A stretch of 64,000 nucleotides of DNA from Anaerohalosphaeraceae bacterium (GCA_050309605.1 JBNRMN010000064.1:1-64000); one strand, 5' to 3'; counted from the first letter of the stretch, positions 1 through 10,500 are shown. Notes: generated from the sequence alone by a model not told the origin. Numbers and translations are program-made.

Positions 1-126
1 TTTTACGCTCAAACAACGCGGATTAAACCCCGTGAATACAGTAAAAGAGGCGCTGAAAATCTATCTCAAAACCGGCCAGCTGCCGGCATTGAAAGAGTTC
101 ACTGCTTCAAATGGCTAAAATCTTAC
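1..126 (+). mobile_element. Right end of a probable IS66-family insertion sequence
   Basis: Transposase-like tail, then ATGGCTAAAATCTTAC ending at 126. IS66 elements are bounded by GTAA...TTAC. The left end is outside the window. Confidence 0.55.
2..118 (+). CDS. 3' end of probable IS66-family transposase (partial, runs off the window start)
   Basis: Frame +2 reads FTLKQRGLNPVNTVKEALKIYLKTGQLPALKEFTASNG*, resembling the C-terminus of short IS66 transposases; the stop is closely followed by ...TTAC. Confidence 0.6.
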   Translation, partial: FTLKQRGLNPVNTVKEALKIYLKTGQLPALKEFTASNG

Positions 127-212
127 TCCTCTTTTTTATGTATCAGTCGTGCGGCAGCTTCACTCAGGACGGTCATTCGAGGTATGTGCGGTCATGAGAG
201 CCTGCCCTGCGA

Positions 213-3113
213 TTATGATTCACAGACAAAAGCTTGTGCCAAAACAGAGATCGGATGGAGCACCGGTATATTGTGTCGGCACAGGGTTTCGATCTGCATC
301 TTGCAGGCGGCGCATTCGGTCAGGATGATGTCGGGCTGACAGGCGTCAATGGCTTCCTTGAGGGATTTTCCGATAGCCGCCGATAAGTCGCGGTTTTTGG
401 CCTGCATTCCGGCTGTACCGGCCAATCCGCAGCAGCCGGCGTTTAGATCCTGCACCTCCAACCCGCACAGCTCGCCGAGTAATCGCGGCGTCAGGGCGGT
501 ATCCCGAAGCGGCTTGAGATGGCACGGGGTATGATAGGCAATACGTTTGCCTGAAAACGGGTGAGCACTCGTCTTGAGTCGGCCGCGAAGTTCCGGATGC
601 GCGGCGAGCAGCTCGTCCAGATAAGCCATCAGCTCCGCGGTCTGCCGTGAAACGCTGTGGGCCGTATCCGAATCGTCAATGAAATGCATTTCCGGCCCCA
701 GACACAGCGCCGCACTCGGCTCGGAACAGACCACCCGATACCCCATCGCCGCATAGGGACCCAATCGGCGAAGATTGAAGAGCAAATCCTTTCGCGCCCT
801 GTCCACATTGCCATAGACAAACGCCGGCATCGGGGCCGGACGCTGTTTGGGCACAGCGACCGCCACATTGGCACGGCGCAGCACATCAAGGACCGCCCTG
901 CCGGTGCTGTGGTCGTTGTAATTGACAAAGCTGTCCACAAAATACACCGCATGGCCTATCGGCGATTTCAGCGTCTCCGATTCAGCCGATAAGGCCTGCG
1001 CCTTGCGTATAAATGATCCCCGTTCAAAATGCGGCAGCGGACGATTGCGATCCAGCCCGATCGTCTTTTCCAGCAGCCATCGCACGACGCTCCAACGCAT
1101 CATTCGGTTGCTAAGCGGCGACGACGCGCAGGCTACGATGCTCAGCCAACGATTGTGAATCAAAGCCCGCTCCGCCGCCGTAAAACCGGTATGTTTGGCA
1201 ATCTGTGCCCGCGCTTCGATGATCAAGCGTGACATATCCACGCCCGCCGGACACTCAATCGAACACATTTTGCAGTTAACACACAAGGCCAGATGTCGTT
1301 TTAATTGGGCATCATCCAGCGGCCGCCCGTCCTTCTCAGCGGCCATCCAGGCCGCGATGAGATTCGCCTTGGCCCGTGTGGTCGCCACTTCCTCGCCTGT
1401 TCCGCGAAACACCGGACACATCCGCATACCGGGGCCTGTCGCCAGACACACCCCGCAGCCGTTACATTGTTCGACTTCCAGCCGAAACACCTCCGGTTCA
1501 AGATGCAGTTCCGGCGTAAACGGCGCGGCCGAAGCCAGCGACTCGACCCGCAGATTTTTTATCATTATATCCGGATCGTCATTGACGATTTTCCCCGGAT
1601 TTAACAGGCCGTGCGGATCAAACAGTGCTTTAACGCCCTTGAGCAACTCATAATACGCATCGCCGTATTGCCGCCGAACGAACGCCGCCCGCAGCAGGCC
1701 GTCGCCGTGTTCGCCGCTGATTGAGCCGCCCAGCGACCAGGCCAGTGAAAAGACCTCCTCGGCAATGCGCCGCATCGCCTTCAGGTCGTCGGCCTTGCGC
1801 AAATCCAGATAAGGCCGGATATGCAGTTCGCCGTCGCCGGCGTGGCCGTAATAGGCCGCGGGAAAATGGTACCGCTTGCTGATGTTTTCCAGTCCGGTGA
1901 TGTAGGCGTCAAGCCGTCGATGGTCCACCGAAACGTCTTCAATAAACGCCAGTGGATGGGCCTGTCCGGACCCGCGATTGAGCAGCGGCACGGCGTCTTT
2001 GCGCGACTTCCAGAGATGCGCCTGTCGCGGCGCATCGAGAAACTCCGTCGCTCGCGCCGCCAGGTCGCCTACCGCCTTGATGGTCGCGGCGATCTTGTCC
2101 CGTACCATCTCGACCGTCGGCCCGGAATGCTCAACCAGCAGCGTGGCGGCACAGTCCGCCGGCAGCACATCGCGATATTGCGGCAGTGCGTCGCGTGCCA
2201 TGGCCGCCAGGGTCTTATCCATCAGCTCACAGGCGCCGGCGCCGTTTTCGACAATAATCGGCACGGCTTGGGCCATCGCTTCAAAACCGGCGAACTCAAA
2301 CTGCACCAGCCCTACTGCCTTTGGCAACGGTACTGTGCGAAGGGTTATTTCGGTAAATATTCCCAGCGTTCCTTCCGAGCCGGTCAGCAAACGCGCCATA
2401 TTGACGGCGCCGTCGGCAACCGCGCCGTTGAGTGTATAAGCGCAGCGATTGCGTTTCGTGGCCGGCTGCGATTGGGCGATGAGCCGTTCGTTGGGTTCAA
2501 GCCATTGCAGGCAGCCTTCGAGCAGTCGCCGAACCGCCGGTTCGACGCCGTCTTGCGGCCGCATCCCATTGCGAAAATCGCACACCGTCCCGTCGGACAA
2601 TACCGTTCGCAGAGACTGAACGTGGTCGCTGATGAATCCGTATCGCAGGGAATGCGCTCCAGTGGCATTATTGGCCACGACTCCGCCGATGACCGCTCGA
2701 TTGCCGCTGGATGGATCGGGGCCGATCTTTCGCCCCAGACGAATAAGGCGGCGGTTCAACTCATCCAATACCACGCCCGGCTGAACCCGAACCCATGATC
2801 CATCGTCGGCTGTCTGCACAATCCGCGTCATATAGCGCCGCATATCCAGTACGATGCCGTCGGTCAGAGACTCCCCCGCTACGCCGCTGCCGGCGCCCCG
2901 TGCGGCAATGGGAATGTTATTTTCAACGGCATAACGCACCGTCGCAACGACATCGGCTTCAGTGCGCGGCATCACCACACATCTCGGCATTATCCGATAG
3001 ATGCTTGCATCCATACTGTAAGCGATGCGATTAAAGACATCCACTCGCACATCGCCTGCAATCAGCCCGGCCAGGTCCGCTCCTACCGCTTCGATTGTCT
3101 TTGTCGTTGTCAA
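213..3113 (-). CDS. FAD-linked oxidase / 4Fe-4S oxidoreductase (GlcD+GlcF-like fusion, YdiJ-like)
   Basis: ARGAGSG FAD motif, GSEGTLG, GHAGDGELH, SGEHGDG, two CxxCxxC Fe-S motifs and C-terminal CCG domains (CCGLAG). Confidence 0.88.
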   Translation of the reverse strand: MTTTKTIEAVGADLAGLIAGDVRVDVFNRIAYSMDASIYRIMPRCVVMPRTEADVVATVRYAVENNIPIAARGAGSGVAGESLTDGIVLDMRRYMTRIVQTADDGSWVRVQPGVVLDELNRRLIRLGRKIGPDPSSGNRAVIGGVVANNATGAHSLRYGFISDHVQSLRTVLSDGTVCDFRNGMRPQDGVEPAVRRLLEGCLQWLEPNERLIAQSQPATKRNRCAYTLNGAVADGAVNMARLLTGSEGTLGIFTEITLRTVPLPKAVGLVQFEFAGFEAMAQAVPIIVENGAGACELMDKTLAAMARDALPQYRDVLPADCAATLLVEHSGPTVEMVRDKIAATIKAVGDLAARATEFLDAPRQAHLWKSRKDAVPLLNRGSGQAHPLAFIEDVSVDHRRLDAYITGLENISKRYHFPAAYYGHAGDGELHIRPYLDLRKADDLKAMRRIAEEVFSLAWSLGGSISGEHGDGLLRAAFVRRQYGDAYYELLKGVKALFDPHGLLNPGKIVNDDPDIMIKNLRVESLASAAPFTPELHLEPEVFRLEVEQCNGCGVCLATGPGMRMCPVFRGTGEEVATTRAKANLIAAWMAAEKDGRPLDDAQLKRHLALCVNCKMCSIECPAGVDMSRLIIEARAQIAKHTGFTAAERALIHNRWLSIVACASSPLSNRMMRWSVVRWLLEKTIGLDRNRPLPHFERGSFIRKAQALSAESETLKSPIGHAVYFVDSFVNYNDHSTGRAVLDVLRRANVAVAVPKQRPAPMPAFVYGNVDRARKDLLFNLRRLGPYAAMGYRVVCSEPSAALCLGPEMHFIDDSDTAHSVSRQTAELMAYLDELLAAHPELRGRLKTSAHPFSGKRIAYHTPCHLKPLRDTALTPRLLGELCGLEVQDLNAGCCGLAGTAGMQAKNRDLSAAIGKSLKEAIDACQPDIILTECAACKMQIETLCRHNIPVLHPISVLAQAFVCES

Positions 3114-3117
3114 TGTG

Positions 3118-3810
3118 TTAACTCCTCATCTTGAGAACGCGGCAAGAACCGGTCGAAAGCAATCGGCAAAGCGATTCGGCCGATGGCGTATCCGCGGCAA
3201 ACACCACCGCTGCATCGGCACAGCGCACCAGTTGTTCGTTCCGCTCAAGCCTATTGAGATAAGGGGCATTGAACAATACGATATCATAGGTACGCCTTGC
3301 CTCGGCCAGCAGTTGTTCCCACTTGGCCGGACTAAACATTGACACACAATGCGCCGGCCAGACAGATAAATTCCTGACCGGTGTTTCCGCGGGCAATGCC
3401 GAACTATCTGTTACGTGGATTTCAAAGACGTGCGCCACCGCGTCGCGTTTTGTATCCAGATCGACCAACAGACAGTTATGCGAATCCGCCAGCCGCACCG
3501 CAACATGGACCGGCACGGTTACCGGCAAATCGCGCAGGCTGCCGGCCGCCAGAAGAACCGTGCGGGCTTGTCCGTTTGTTTTGGCATCGTCGCTAAGCAG
3601 TGCACAGCACTCGGAAACCACATCCGCCGGCGATACGGCCGATGCACCGACCGATGTATTTTTTTTTCGGCCCGACAACAGACCCGCCAGGCCGCAGATA
3701 AACACAACTAAGAACACCCCGGCCGCGGCGGCATACAGCCACGGATTAAGCATCAATGCGTTAAACCAGTCCGGAAGCCCTTCAGCAACTACGGCGTTCA
3801 TAACGGTCAA
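3118..3810 (-). CDS. Membrane-anchored degenerate ParA/MinD/Wzc(CpsD/CapB)-like protein
   Basis: N-terminal TM helix; LLVDLD, YDIVLFNAP and ADAAVVF match the SIMIBI-type fold, but no Walker A GKT/S is present. Confidence 0.6.
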   Translation of the reverse strand: MTVMNAVVAEGLPDWFNALMLNPWLYAAAAGVFLVVFICGLAGLLSGRKKNTSVGASAVSPADVVSECCALLSDDAKTNGQARTVLLAAGSLRDLPVTVPVHVAVRLADSHNCLLVDLDTKRDAVAHVFEIHVTDSSALPAETPVRNLSVWPAHCVSMFSPAKWEQLLAEARRTYDIVLFNAPYLNRLERNEQLVRCADAAVVFAADTPSAESLCRLLSTGSCRVLKMRS

Positions 3811-5159
3811 TTCGGGAACGGTCTTGGGATCGAAGCAGACGCGGCTTCATGACCGCAAAAACGCTGGATATCCTTCTGTACAATGCCGCTGAGCAGCGCC
3901 TGCTGGTAGTCCGACAGGTATTCATCCTGACGGATCGGAAACCGGTGGGTCGGTGCGATCCGCTGCGGTCGGGATGAGGAGGACGAACCGTCTGCCGAAG
4001 GTGCATTCGAAAAATACTGCTCCATGACATGTTCAATCGCGCCATTTGGTGTCCGCTTGCCGGATTGCTGCGGCTGACGACGGCGAGCGGAGGAGGCCTT
4101 GCGCTGTTCGGACAAAATCTGTTCGGCCAGATCAAAGGGTGGGATATTGTCTGCGGTCAGCTTTTGCTCAAGGTGTACATCGTCCTCGGAAATGACCTCC
4201 TCGCACGGCTCACAGTACGGTTCCGGCTGCTGGTCATCGACGGCGTCCTGCATCGCCCATTCTTCCTCCTGCCGACCAAGCTGCATTCGGACATCTTCAA
4301 TCGTCTCCGTCAGTTCGGCGTTTTCACGCAGCAGCCGGGCATTGTCGGCGTCAACCTGTTCAATCCGTGATTCGGCGCTTGACAGCTCCGCACGAAGCGA
4401 TTCCAGTTCGCGCTGCCGCTCACGCAGCGTGCGAGCCGCAGCTTCCTGAGCCGCTTTCATGGCGTCTATCGTTTTAGCCCATTCGAGAGTCTGCTCTTCA
4501 AGTCGTTTTTCGACATCTTCTTTTTGCTGATCGGCTCGGCGAAGCTGCTGAGCCTGCTCGGCCAGAGTGGCGGCGTATTCCTCAACGCAAAATTTAAGGG
4601 CCGAAAGCTCATTGATTTTCTCGGCAAGCTGATGTTCCAAATCCTCAATCCGCTGCTGTTTGTCGGCGGCAAATCGGGCCGATTCGTCAAGACTTTGCTT
4701 GAGCTGTTGATTACTTTCCTGGAGTTTGTCGATTTCCTGAATTTTTTCATTCAACCGGCCGATGTTCTCTTCCAGTGCGGCCTGGATGTCGGCCGCCGGT
4801 TGAGTGGGCCTGGGCGGGTCCGGCTCACCGGCGTCGCTGGCGAGGTTGTTGGGGCTGCCCTTGTGCAGCGTCTCAAACGGCAGGATTCGAGCGCCGACCG
4901 CCTGACTTGAAGGCTTCGGATCCGATGCGTCATGATCTTGTTTTTGTTCTTGATTGGCATTGTCTTTATTTTCGGGTTGCAATGGATGTGCAGGGTGTAC
5001 GGATTGTACGGTCTGGCCGGCTTGGCCGGTGTGCGGCTGAGCACCGAGTGTCGATTCGGCACGGACGCCCCCAGCGGATTGCATCACTTTCTGCAACTGG
5101 GCTTTACATTGCAGGATGTCGTCATCCAGTTCAATTTTTTTTTGATGTTCGCTTTGCAT
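3807..5159 (-). CDS. Hypothetical long coiled-coil protein
   Basis: 450-aa ORF with RBS GGAGG, a central E/Q/K/L heptad-rich region and disordered flanks; overlaps the next gene by 4 nt. Confidence 0.75.
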   Translation of the reverse strand: MQSEHQKKIELDDDILQCKAQLQKVMQSAGGVRAESTLGAQPHTGQAGQTVQSVHPAHPLQPENKDNANQEQKQDHDASDPKPSSQAVGARILPFETLHKGSPNNLASDAGEPDPPRPTQPAADIQAALEENIGRLNEKIQEIDKLQESNQQLKQSLDESARFAADKQQRIEDLEHQLAEKINELSALKFCVEEYAATLAEQAQQLRRADQQKEDVEKRLEEQTLEWAKTIDAMKAAQEAAARTLRERQRELESLRAELSSAESRIEQVDADNARLLRENAELTETIEDVRMQLGRQEEEWAMQDAVDDQQPEPYCEPCEEVISEDDVHLEQKLTADNIPPFDLAEQILSEQRKASSARRRQPQQSGKRTPNGAIEHVMEQYFSNAPSADGSSSSSRPQRIAPTHRFPIRQDEYLSDYQQALLSGIVQKDIQRFCGHEAASASIPRPFPN

Positions 5160-5299
5160 CCGACCCTCCGATCAGCATTCTGTCATAAAACTCATCACAA
5201 GTCAGTATAGACCAACACACGGAGAAAATCAAGCCGTCCGGCACCTCGGCTTGCGAATTCATTATGTTTCCGCAGCAATTAAACCGCCGCCATGTCGTG

Positions 5300-6529
5300 C
5301 TATTGATGAGCCGGCCCGAGGGAATACAGGGTATAACTGCTTAAGTTAAAGTGACTTAAAATGTCTTCGATGTCATGAACGGTTACCGCTCGAATGAAAT
5401 CAATATCTTGTGCCGTCGAGATATACTCTTGACGATAGACCCAGTTGAAGCCCAGGTTGACCAGCCGTCCCATGGGCTGTTCGCTTTTAAGGGCCACCGA
5501 GCTGAGGACTTTGTTGCGAGCCGACTCCAATTCCTCGGCGGTGATGCCGTCTTTGGCGATCTCGGCAAAAAGTGTATTGAGTATCTGCTCAACCCGATCG
5601 GCGTTTTGGGGATCGCAGCAGATATAGCTGCAAAACGCCCCGGCAGCGTCCATCGAAGCCAACTCCAGAAATGCCGTATCGGCAAGGGCAGGGTCAACCA
5701 ACGACCAGAAATAACGCGAACCGGTACTGTCGCCGAGGATCACGCTGAGCAGCTTGGCCGCGTACCAGCGGTCGTCCTGCATTGAAACAGCCGGGCTGTA
5801 CAAAGCCAGATGCTGTCGGATCAGGCCGGCCTTTTGGTCATACACCTTGTGCGGCTCGCCTTGGTGCGGCGGCAGCAGGCGCGCCGCATCGGATAACGGC
5901 CAGGAGCCGCAGTGCCGTTCGACCTGAAGGCTGAGTTGGTCAAAGTCGAAATGGCCGCAGCAGACCAGTGTGATGTTGTTGGGGGCGTAACGCCGAGCAA
6001 AGTAGCTGCGCATCTGATCGACGGTTAAATCGGTGATGCTCTCGATGGAACCCAGGACGCTGTGGCCGCAGGGATGATCCTTGAAAAACAATTCCCGTCC
6101 GCGATCAAAAACCAGAAATTCAGGCATATCCAAATACATCGCAATTTCTTCGAGAATCACCTGCTTTTCGAGGTCAAAGTCTTCCTTGCGCAGCGAGGGA
6201 CGCATTAATTGCGCCCACAAGGCAGTAACTGCATCGAGGTATTCCGGCAGCACCGCCGCGTAGTAAACGGTATTTTCCTCACTGGTAAAGGCGTTGTATT
6301 TGGCGCCGAGCCGGTCGAAGGCCTCATTGACCTCCAGAGCCGAAAGCGTCTGGGTGCCTTTGAACAGCATATGCTCCAGAAAGTGCGATACACCGCTGAT
6401 TTCCGGCGACTCGTCGCGCGCGCCGGTACGCACGAAAAAGCCCAGCGCCGTCGATTGGGCGGCGGGATTGATTTCGCCGATAAGTGTCAAGCCGTTGTCA
6501 AGCTGTCTGTGTTTGAATTCCATAGGCAT
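5300..6529 (-). CDS. M16 family (pitrilysin/insulinase) zinc peptidase, catalytic subunit
   Basis: HFLEH inverted zinc motif, NAFTS, EKQVILEEI. Confidence 0.92.
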   Translation of the reverse strand: MPMEFKHRQLDNGLTLIGEINPAAQSTALGFFVRTGARDESPEISGVSHFLEHMLFKGTQTLSALEVNEAFDRLGAKYNAFTSEENTVYYAAVLPEYLDAVTALWAQLMRPSLRKEDFDLEKQVILEEIAMYLDMPEFLVFDRGRELFFKDHPCGHSVLGSIESITDLTVDQMRSYFARRYAPNNITLVCCGHFDFDQLSLQVERHCGSWPLSDAARLLPPHQGEPHKVYDQKAGLIRQHLALYSPAVSMQDDRWYAAKLLSVILGDSTGSRYFWSLVDPALADTAFLELASMDAAGAFCSYICCDPQNADRVEQILNTLFAEIAKDGITAEELESARNKVLSSVALKSEQPMGRLVNLGFNWVYRQEYISTAQDIDFIRAVTVHDIEDILSHFNLSSYTLYSLGPAHQ

Positions 6530-7756
6530 CTATACTCGTATCTCTTTGGGGCCGATGGTTACGGCGGTAAAAGTTTCAAAGGGGTGCTGCTTCAAAAAAT
6601 CAAGAACCGAATCGACCGTTAAGCGTTCAATCCCCTGTCGAATTTCCTCCAGCGTGCGCACCCGACCGAGCAGAAAATAATCGCCCGCGATTCCCGCCGA
6701 GCGAGCGCTGGTCGATTCGCTTTTCATAATCAGCGAACTTTTCAGGCCGACTTTGGCCCGCTGCAGCTCATCTTCGGTGACGCCCTCTTGGAGTCGCTGA
6801 AACTGTTCCCATAGGACATCGAAGGTCTGCTGCGCCTTGTCAGGGGTGGTCCCCGCATAACAGGAAATACCGGCGTAATCTCTGAGCGTATGATACCGCG
6901 CCCCGACGGAATAGCACAGGCCGCGTTTTTCACGCACCTCGGCAAACAGCCGGCTGCTCATCCCGCCCGACAAAATCGAAACAGCCGCCATTGTTTCGTA
7001 ATAATAACCCGCCCCGATAGGCGGCATGGCGGTCATCAGCCCGATGTGCACCTGGGCGCCGTCGTTGGGATAATGTGTATAAGACCGCGATCGAACGACC
7101 GGCTTGACCGTCTGCGCCTGTCCGGCGCCAGGCCGACTGAATAGCTGCTCCACACGCCGACAAATCGTTTCACACTCATAATTGCCCGCCACCGAGATAA
7201 TGATTTGCGACGGATTGAATAATTGTCCGGCAATCCGGGCGCATTGGTCGGCGGTCATCGTCAACAACTCAGGTTCTTTGCCCTGGCCGGGACGACCGAA
7301 CGGATCCGGATAAAACTGCTCATACAGCAGCAGCATCACTTTGCTGCGCGGGTCATCATCAAGGCTGTGCAATTCTTCAACCGCCAGCTTGCGCGACAGT
7401 TCAAACTGCGCTGCGTCCAGCCGGGGGGACAACAGGATATCGGCGTACAGGTCCAGGGCCGGCTCCAGATTGCCCGCTTCCAGCGCCGCATTGAACGTCA
7501 GATGGCTGGCGGTGATGGTGGTATTGCGATGGATGCCCAGGCCGTCCAGCGCCTCGACCAGCCGGCGACTGTCGCGGCTTCCCGCGCCGCGGAACAGCCA
7601 GTCGGCCAGAATTGATGCCGCTCCGCAGCAGCCGTCGGGCAGACAGGACGCGCCGCCCGGCGTAAGCATATGAAACGAGGCGGACTGAACATGGTTCATC
7701 CGTTCGCCCACCAGTGTCAAGCCGTTGGATAACTGATAAAAATCCATTTTCGTCAT
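6530..7756 (-). CDS. M16 family peptidase, non-catalytic partner subunit
   Basis: LSNGL start and GGMSSRLFAEVREKRGLCYSV; HxxEH is absent. Start placed at MTKMDF. Confidence 0.85.
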   Translation of the reverse strand: MTKMDFYQLSNGLTLVGERMNHVQSASFHMLTPGGASCLPDGCCGAASILADWLFRGAGSRDSRRLVEALDGLGIHRNTTITASHLTFNAALEAGNLEPALDLYADILLSPRLDAAQFELSRKLAVEELHSLDDDPRSKVMLLLYEQFYPDPFGRPGQGKEPELLTMTADQCARIAGQLFNPSQIIISVAGNYECETICRRVEQLFSRPGAGQAQTVKPVVRSRSYTHYPNDGAQVHIGLMTAMPPIGAGYYYETMAAVSILSGGMSSRLFAEVREKRGLCYSVGARYHTLRDYAGISCYAGTTPDKAQQTFDVLWEQFQRLQEGVTEDELQRAKVGLKSSLIMKSESTSARSAGIAGDYFLLGRVRTLEEIRQGIERLTVDSVLDFLKQHPFETFTAVTIGPKEIRV

Positions 7757-7817
7757 TGTCAATCCGTGATTTTCCTTTCGAACACAGGTATTAACCCATC
7801 CATCCCGTCTATCGGTT

Positions 7818-9197
7818 CTAAACCACCGCCTTGGCAATCTCACGACGGCTGAACACCCACATCCCGAACAGCAGAATCACCGCAGCCTTGACAAACAGTG
7901 TCATTAAAACCGTCATTGCCAAAAACGTTCCCTCAATCAGACGCCCGTTGATGATATAATGCGATGGGTTATAGATGCCGTCAAATTGCGGCAGCATCCA
8001 GAGCACCGGACGCAGGGTAAAGTTGTAAATCAATCCCATGGCCACACCCAGTCCGTCGAACGAGTCAACAATAAACGTATTGGCCGTTCCCGCCAGAAAC
8101 GCGACAAGACAAACCAAAATGGCCACCGGAAACGACAGCCACGTCGTCAGCGAAACCCCCAGCGCCGCCAGAAAGGCCAGCCGCACATAAATCAGAAGCA
8201 GCGACCGGACAAAGTTGCCGGTAAACGTGCCGCTGTGAAACAGCACCTCCACATCGTCAAGAATGACCGTCGTATAATTCAACGATGGATTATTGAAAAA
8301 CGCCACCGACAAAAATCCGTCATCGGCAACGGCGTTGGCCGGAACGGAAAACTCATGATACGTGCGTATCGACGCATCACGCTGCACCTCATAAATGGGC
8401 GTTTCGACTCGATCCAGCCCCGTTTCGATTTGACGCAGGTCCCCGACCCGCCATGTTCCGTAAATTGTGTCGTCCGGCAGCGCCGTGGTCGCCTCGAGCT
8501 TGAAGCGTATAAAAATCATCGCGTCGGAGTCGTCGGGGATTGTGAGCCGAACGCCCCCGAAATCCCATCGCTTGGATCGCCCGGGCGGACAGGACTTGGC
8601 AATCAATCGCTCCTGGGCCAGCAATTCCCGCAAGGCCTGATAATGACTCATGTCGCGCGGAATTTGGCCGCTGTCGCGAAGCATTTTGAACCGTTCTTCA
8701 GCGGATCGGCGCAACTGTTCTTCATCGTAAGTGACCTTCAATCCGGAGCGGGCCGTGTAAAACTCCGCCCGGATGCGCTCGTCCTGCACTTCATCGATTT
8801 CCACCAGCTTCGGAATGGTCAGCGTCAGGCCGTAAATAATCGCGCCGAATACCGCCAGCAGCACGCCGTTCAAAATCAAAATACCGATTAGTTTTCCCGC
8901 GACAACCTGATAGCGGCGGACCGGCTTGGTGACCACCAGATACAGATGGCGGCGTTTGAGATCATTGCTCAGCGTATAGGTGGAAATCGCAATGGTAAGA
9001 ATACACAACAGAAGACTGACCAGTCCGAGACCGTAACTGACAAACGTCTGCAATTTGCCCAGCGGCGTGCCGTCGCCCTCCATCACAACGCTCATCAGCG
9101 GCAGCAGCACAACCAGCAGTACAATGACCGCCAGGGCCACCTTCATCCGAACCGCCTGCGAAAGGGTATTTCGTACAATCGCCCAGAGACTATGCAT
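7818..9197 (-). CDS. ABC-2 type transporter permease with large extracytoplasmic loop
   Basis: Multiple TM helices, VVTKPVRRYQVVAGKLIG motif and FSRREI C-terminus; start at MHSLW after GGAG. Confidence 0.8.
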   Translation of the reverse strand: MHSLWAIVRNTLSQAVRMKVALAVIVLLVVLLPLMSVVMEGDGTPLGKLQTFVSYGLGLVSLLLCILTIAISTYTLSNDLKRRHLYLVVTKPVRRYQVVAGKLIGILILNGVLLAVFGAIIYGLTLTIPKLVEIDEVQDERIRAEFYTARSGLKVTYDEEQLRRSAEERFKMLRDSGQIPRDMSHYQALRELLAQERLIAKSCPPGRSKRWDFGGVRLTIPDDSDAMIFIRFKLEATTALPDDTIYGTWRVGDLRQIETGLDRVETPIYEVQRDASIRTYHEFSVPANAVADDGFLSVAFFNNPSLNYTTVILDDVEVLFHSGTFTGNFVRSLLLIYVRLAFLAALGVSLTTWLSFPVAILVCLVAFLAGTANTFIVDSFDGLGVAMGLIYNFTLRPVLWMLPQFDGIYNPSHYIINGRLIEGTFLAMTVLMTLFVKAAVILLFGMWVFSRREIAKAVV

Positions 9198-10461
9198 TTT
9201 GTTCGTCTCCACTGTCTTGCGGCCGTGTTACCTCCGTGCTGCCGTCGGACTTGCCTTTGCGCTCGATCAAACTCTCAAGCACGTCTTTTTTGACCTTCTC
9301 AATCGGCTCGGTCGGCGTCTGTGGGGCGGCGTCGGTTTTGTCGGTCTCCGGTTCGGCGTCCGGCTTGGCGGCAGTCAATCGGCTCAGGAGACTCTTGTCG
9401 GCCGGAGGTTCCGGTTTCGGTTCCGGCTTGCTTTCCGGCTTGGTTTTTTCAGTGGCCGCCGTCGAGTCCGACGGTTGTTCGTCCGGGGCCACGCGGGCGC
9501 TGACAAGCTGATCCAGCAGCGATTGTGAACGCACCACGGGACGCTCGGCCAAAAAGCCCGTAATCCCCGTACCGACCCCGGCGCCGCTGGTGACCTGTTT
9601 TTCCTGAAGCGCTTTGTTGACGATATTGATAAAATAGGTCTCCAGCTTATCCATCGGACGCCGGACGTCGCAGTCGTGCCCCTCTCGGCGTAAAATATCC
9701 TGAATTTGCTCAAGGGCCGCTTCGCTGAGCCGGCCGGTATGAATCTCGGTCTGATCCTGATGCTGAAGCAACTCTCTGACCGGGCCTTCCACCCGCATCC
9801 TGCCGCCGTACAGAATGCCGATCCGGTCGCAGATATCTTCCACATCGGCCAGCAAATGGCTGCACAGCAAAATGGTCTTGCCGCGCCGCGCCAATTCCGC
9901 CAGCAAATCCTTCATCTGCCGCGTTCCCATCGGGTCCATCCCCGACGTCGGCTCGTCAAGAATCAGCACATCCGGATCGTTAATCAGCGCCTGGGCCAAT
10001 CCGATACGCCGCGCCATCCCCTTGGAAAACGTCCCCACCGGACGATTGCCCATCCCCGCCAAGCCGACCATTTCCAACAGCGTCTCAATACGTTCGTTTC
10101 GCACCTCGCGGGGCAAACCGAAAATCCGACCGTAAAAATCCAGCGTCTCCCGCGCCGTCAGATAGCGATACAGATACGATTCTTCCGGCAGGTAGCCGAT
10201 CCGCGTCGAAATCTCCGGATTATCGCAGTTGCCGCCCAGCACAAACGCCTTGCCTCGGGTCGGATGCAGCAGATTCAGAATCATCTTCAGAGTTGTGGTT
10301 TTGCCCGAGCCGTTCGGCCCCAAAAAACCGTATATCTCATTGTAACGAATCTGAAGATTCAAATCCTCGACCGCGACGACCTTGGCGCGTCCCCACCAGT
10401 CGGGAAAAATCTTGGTCAGTCCAATTGTTTCTATGGCATAAGTGTTTTCATCAGAAACCAC
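9190..10461 (-). CDS. ABC transporter ATP-binding protein with low-complexity C-terminal extension
   Basis: GPNGSGKTT, FSKGM signature, ILDEPTSG, SH switch; P/E/K-rich tail. Confidence 0.93.
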   Translation of the reverse strand: MVSDENTYAIETIGLTKIFPDWWGRAKVVAVEDLNLQIRYNEIYGFLGPNGSGKTTTLKMILNLLHPTRGKAFVLGGNCDNPEISTRIGYLPEESYLYRYLTARETLDFYGRIFGLPREVRNERIETLLEMVGLAGMGNRPVGTFSKGMARRIGLAQALINDPDVLILDEPTSGMDPMGTRQMKDLLAELARRGKTILLCSHLLADVEDICDRIGILYGGRMRVEGPVRELLQHQDQTEIHTGRLSEAALEQIQDILRREGHDCDVRRPMDKLETYFINIVNKALQEKQVTSGAGVGTGITGFLAERPVVRSQSLLDQLVSARVAPDEQPSDSTAATEKTKPESKPEPKPEPPADKSLLSRLTAAKPDAEPETDKTDAAPQTPTEPIEKVKKDVLESLIERKGKSDGSTEVTRPQDSGDEQNA

Positions 10462-10500
10462 AATCGGTCACTCCAAAAATCAAACTGAAACAGTTTCCAT

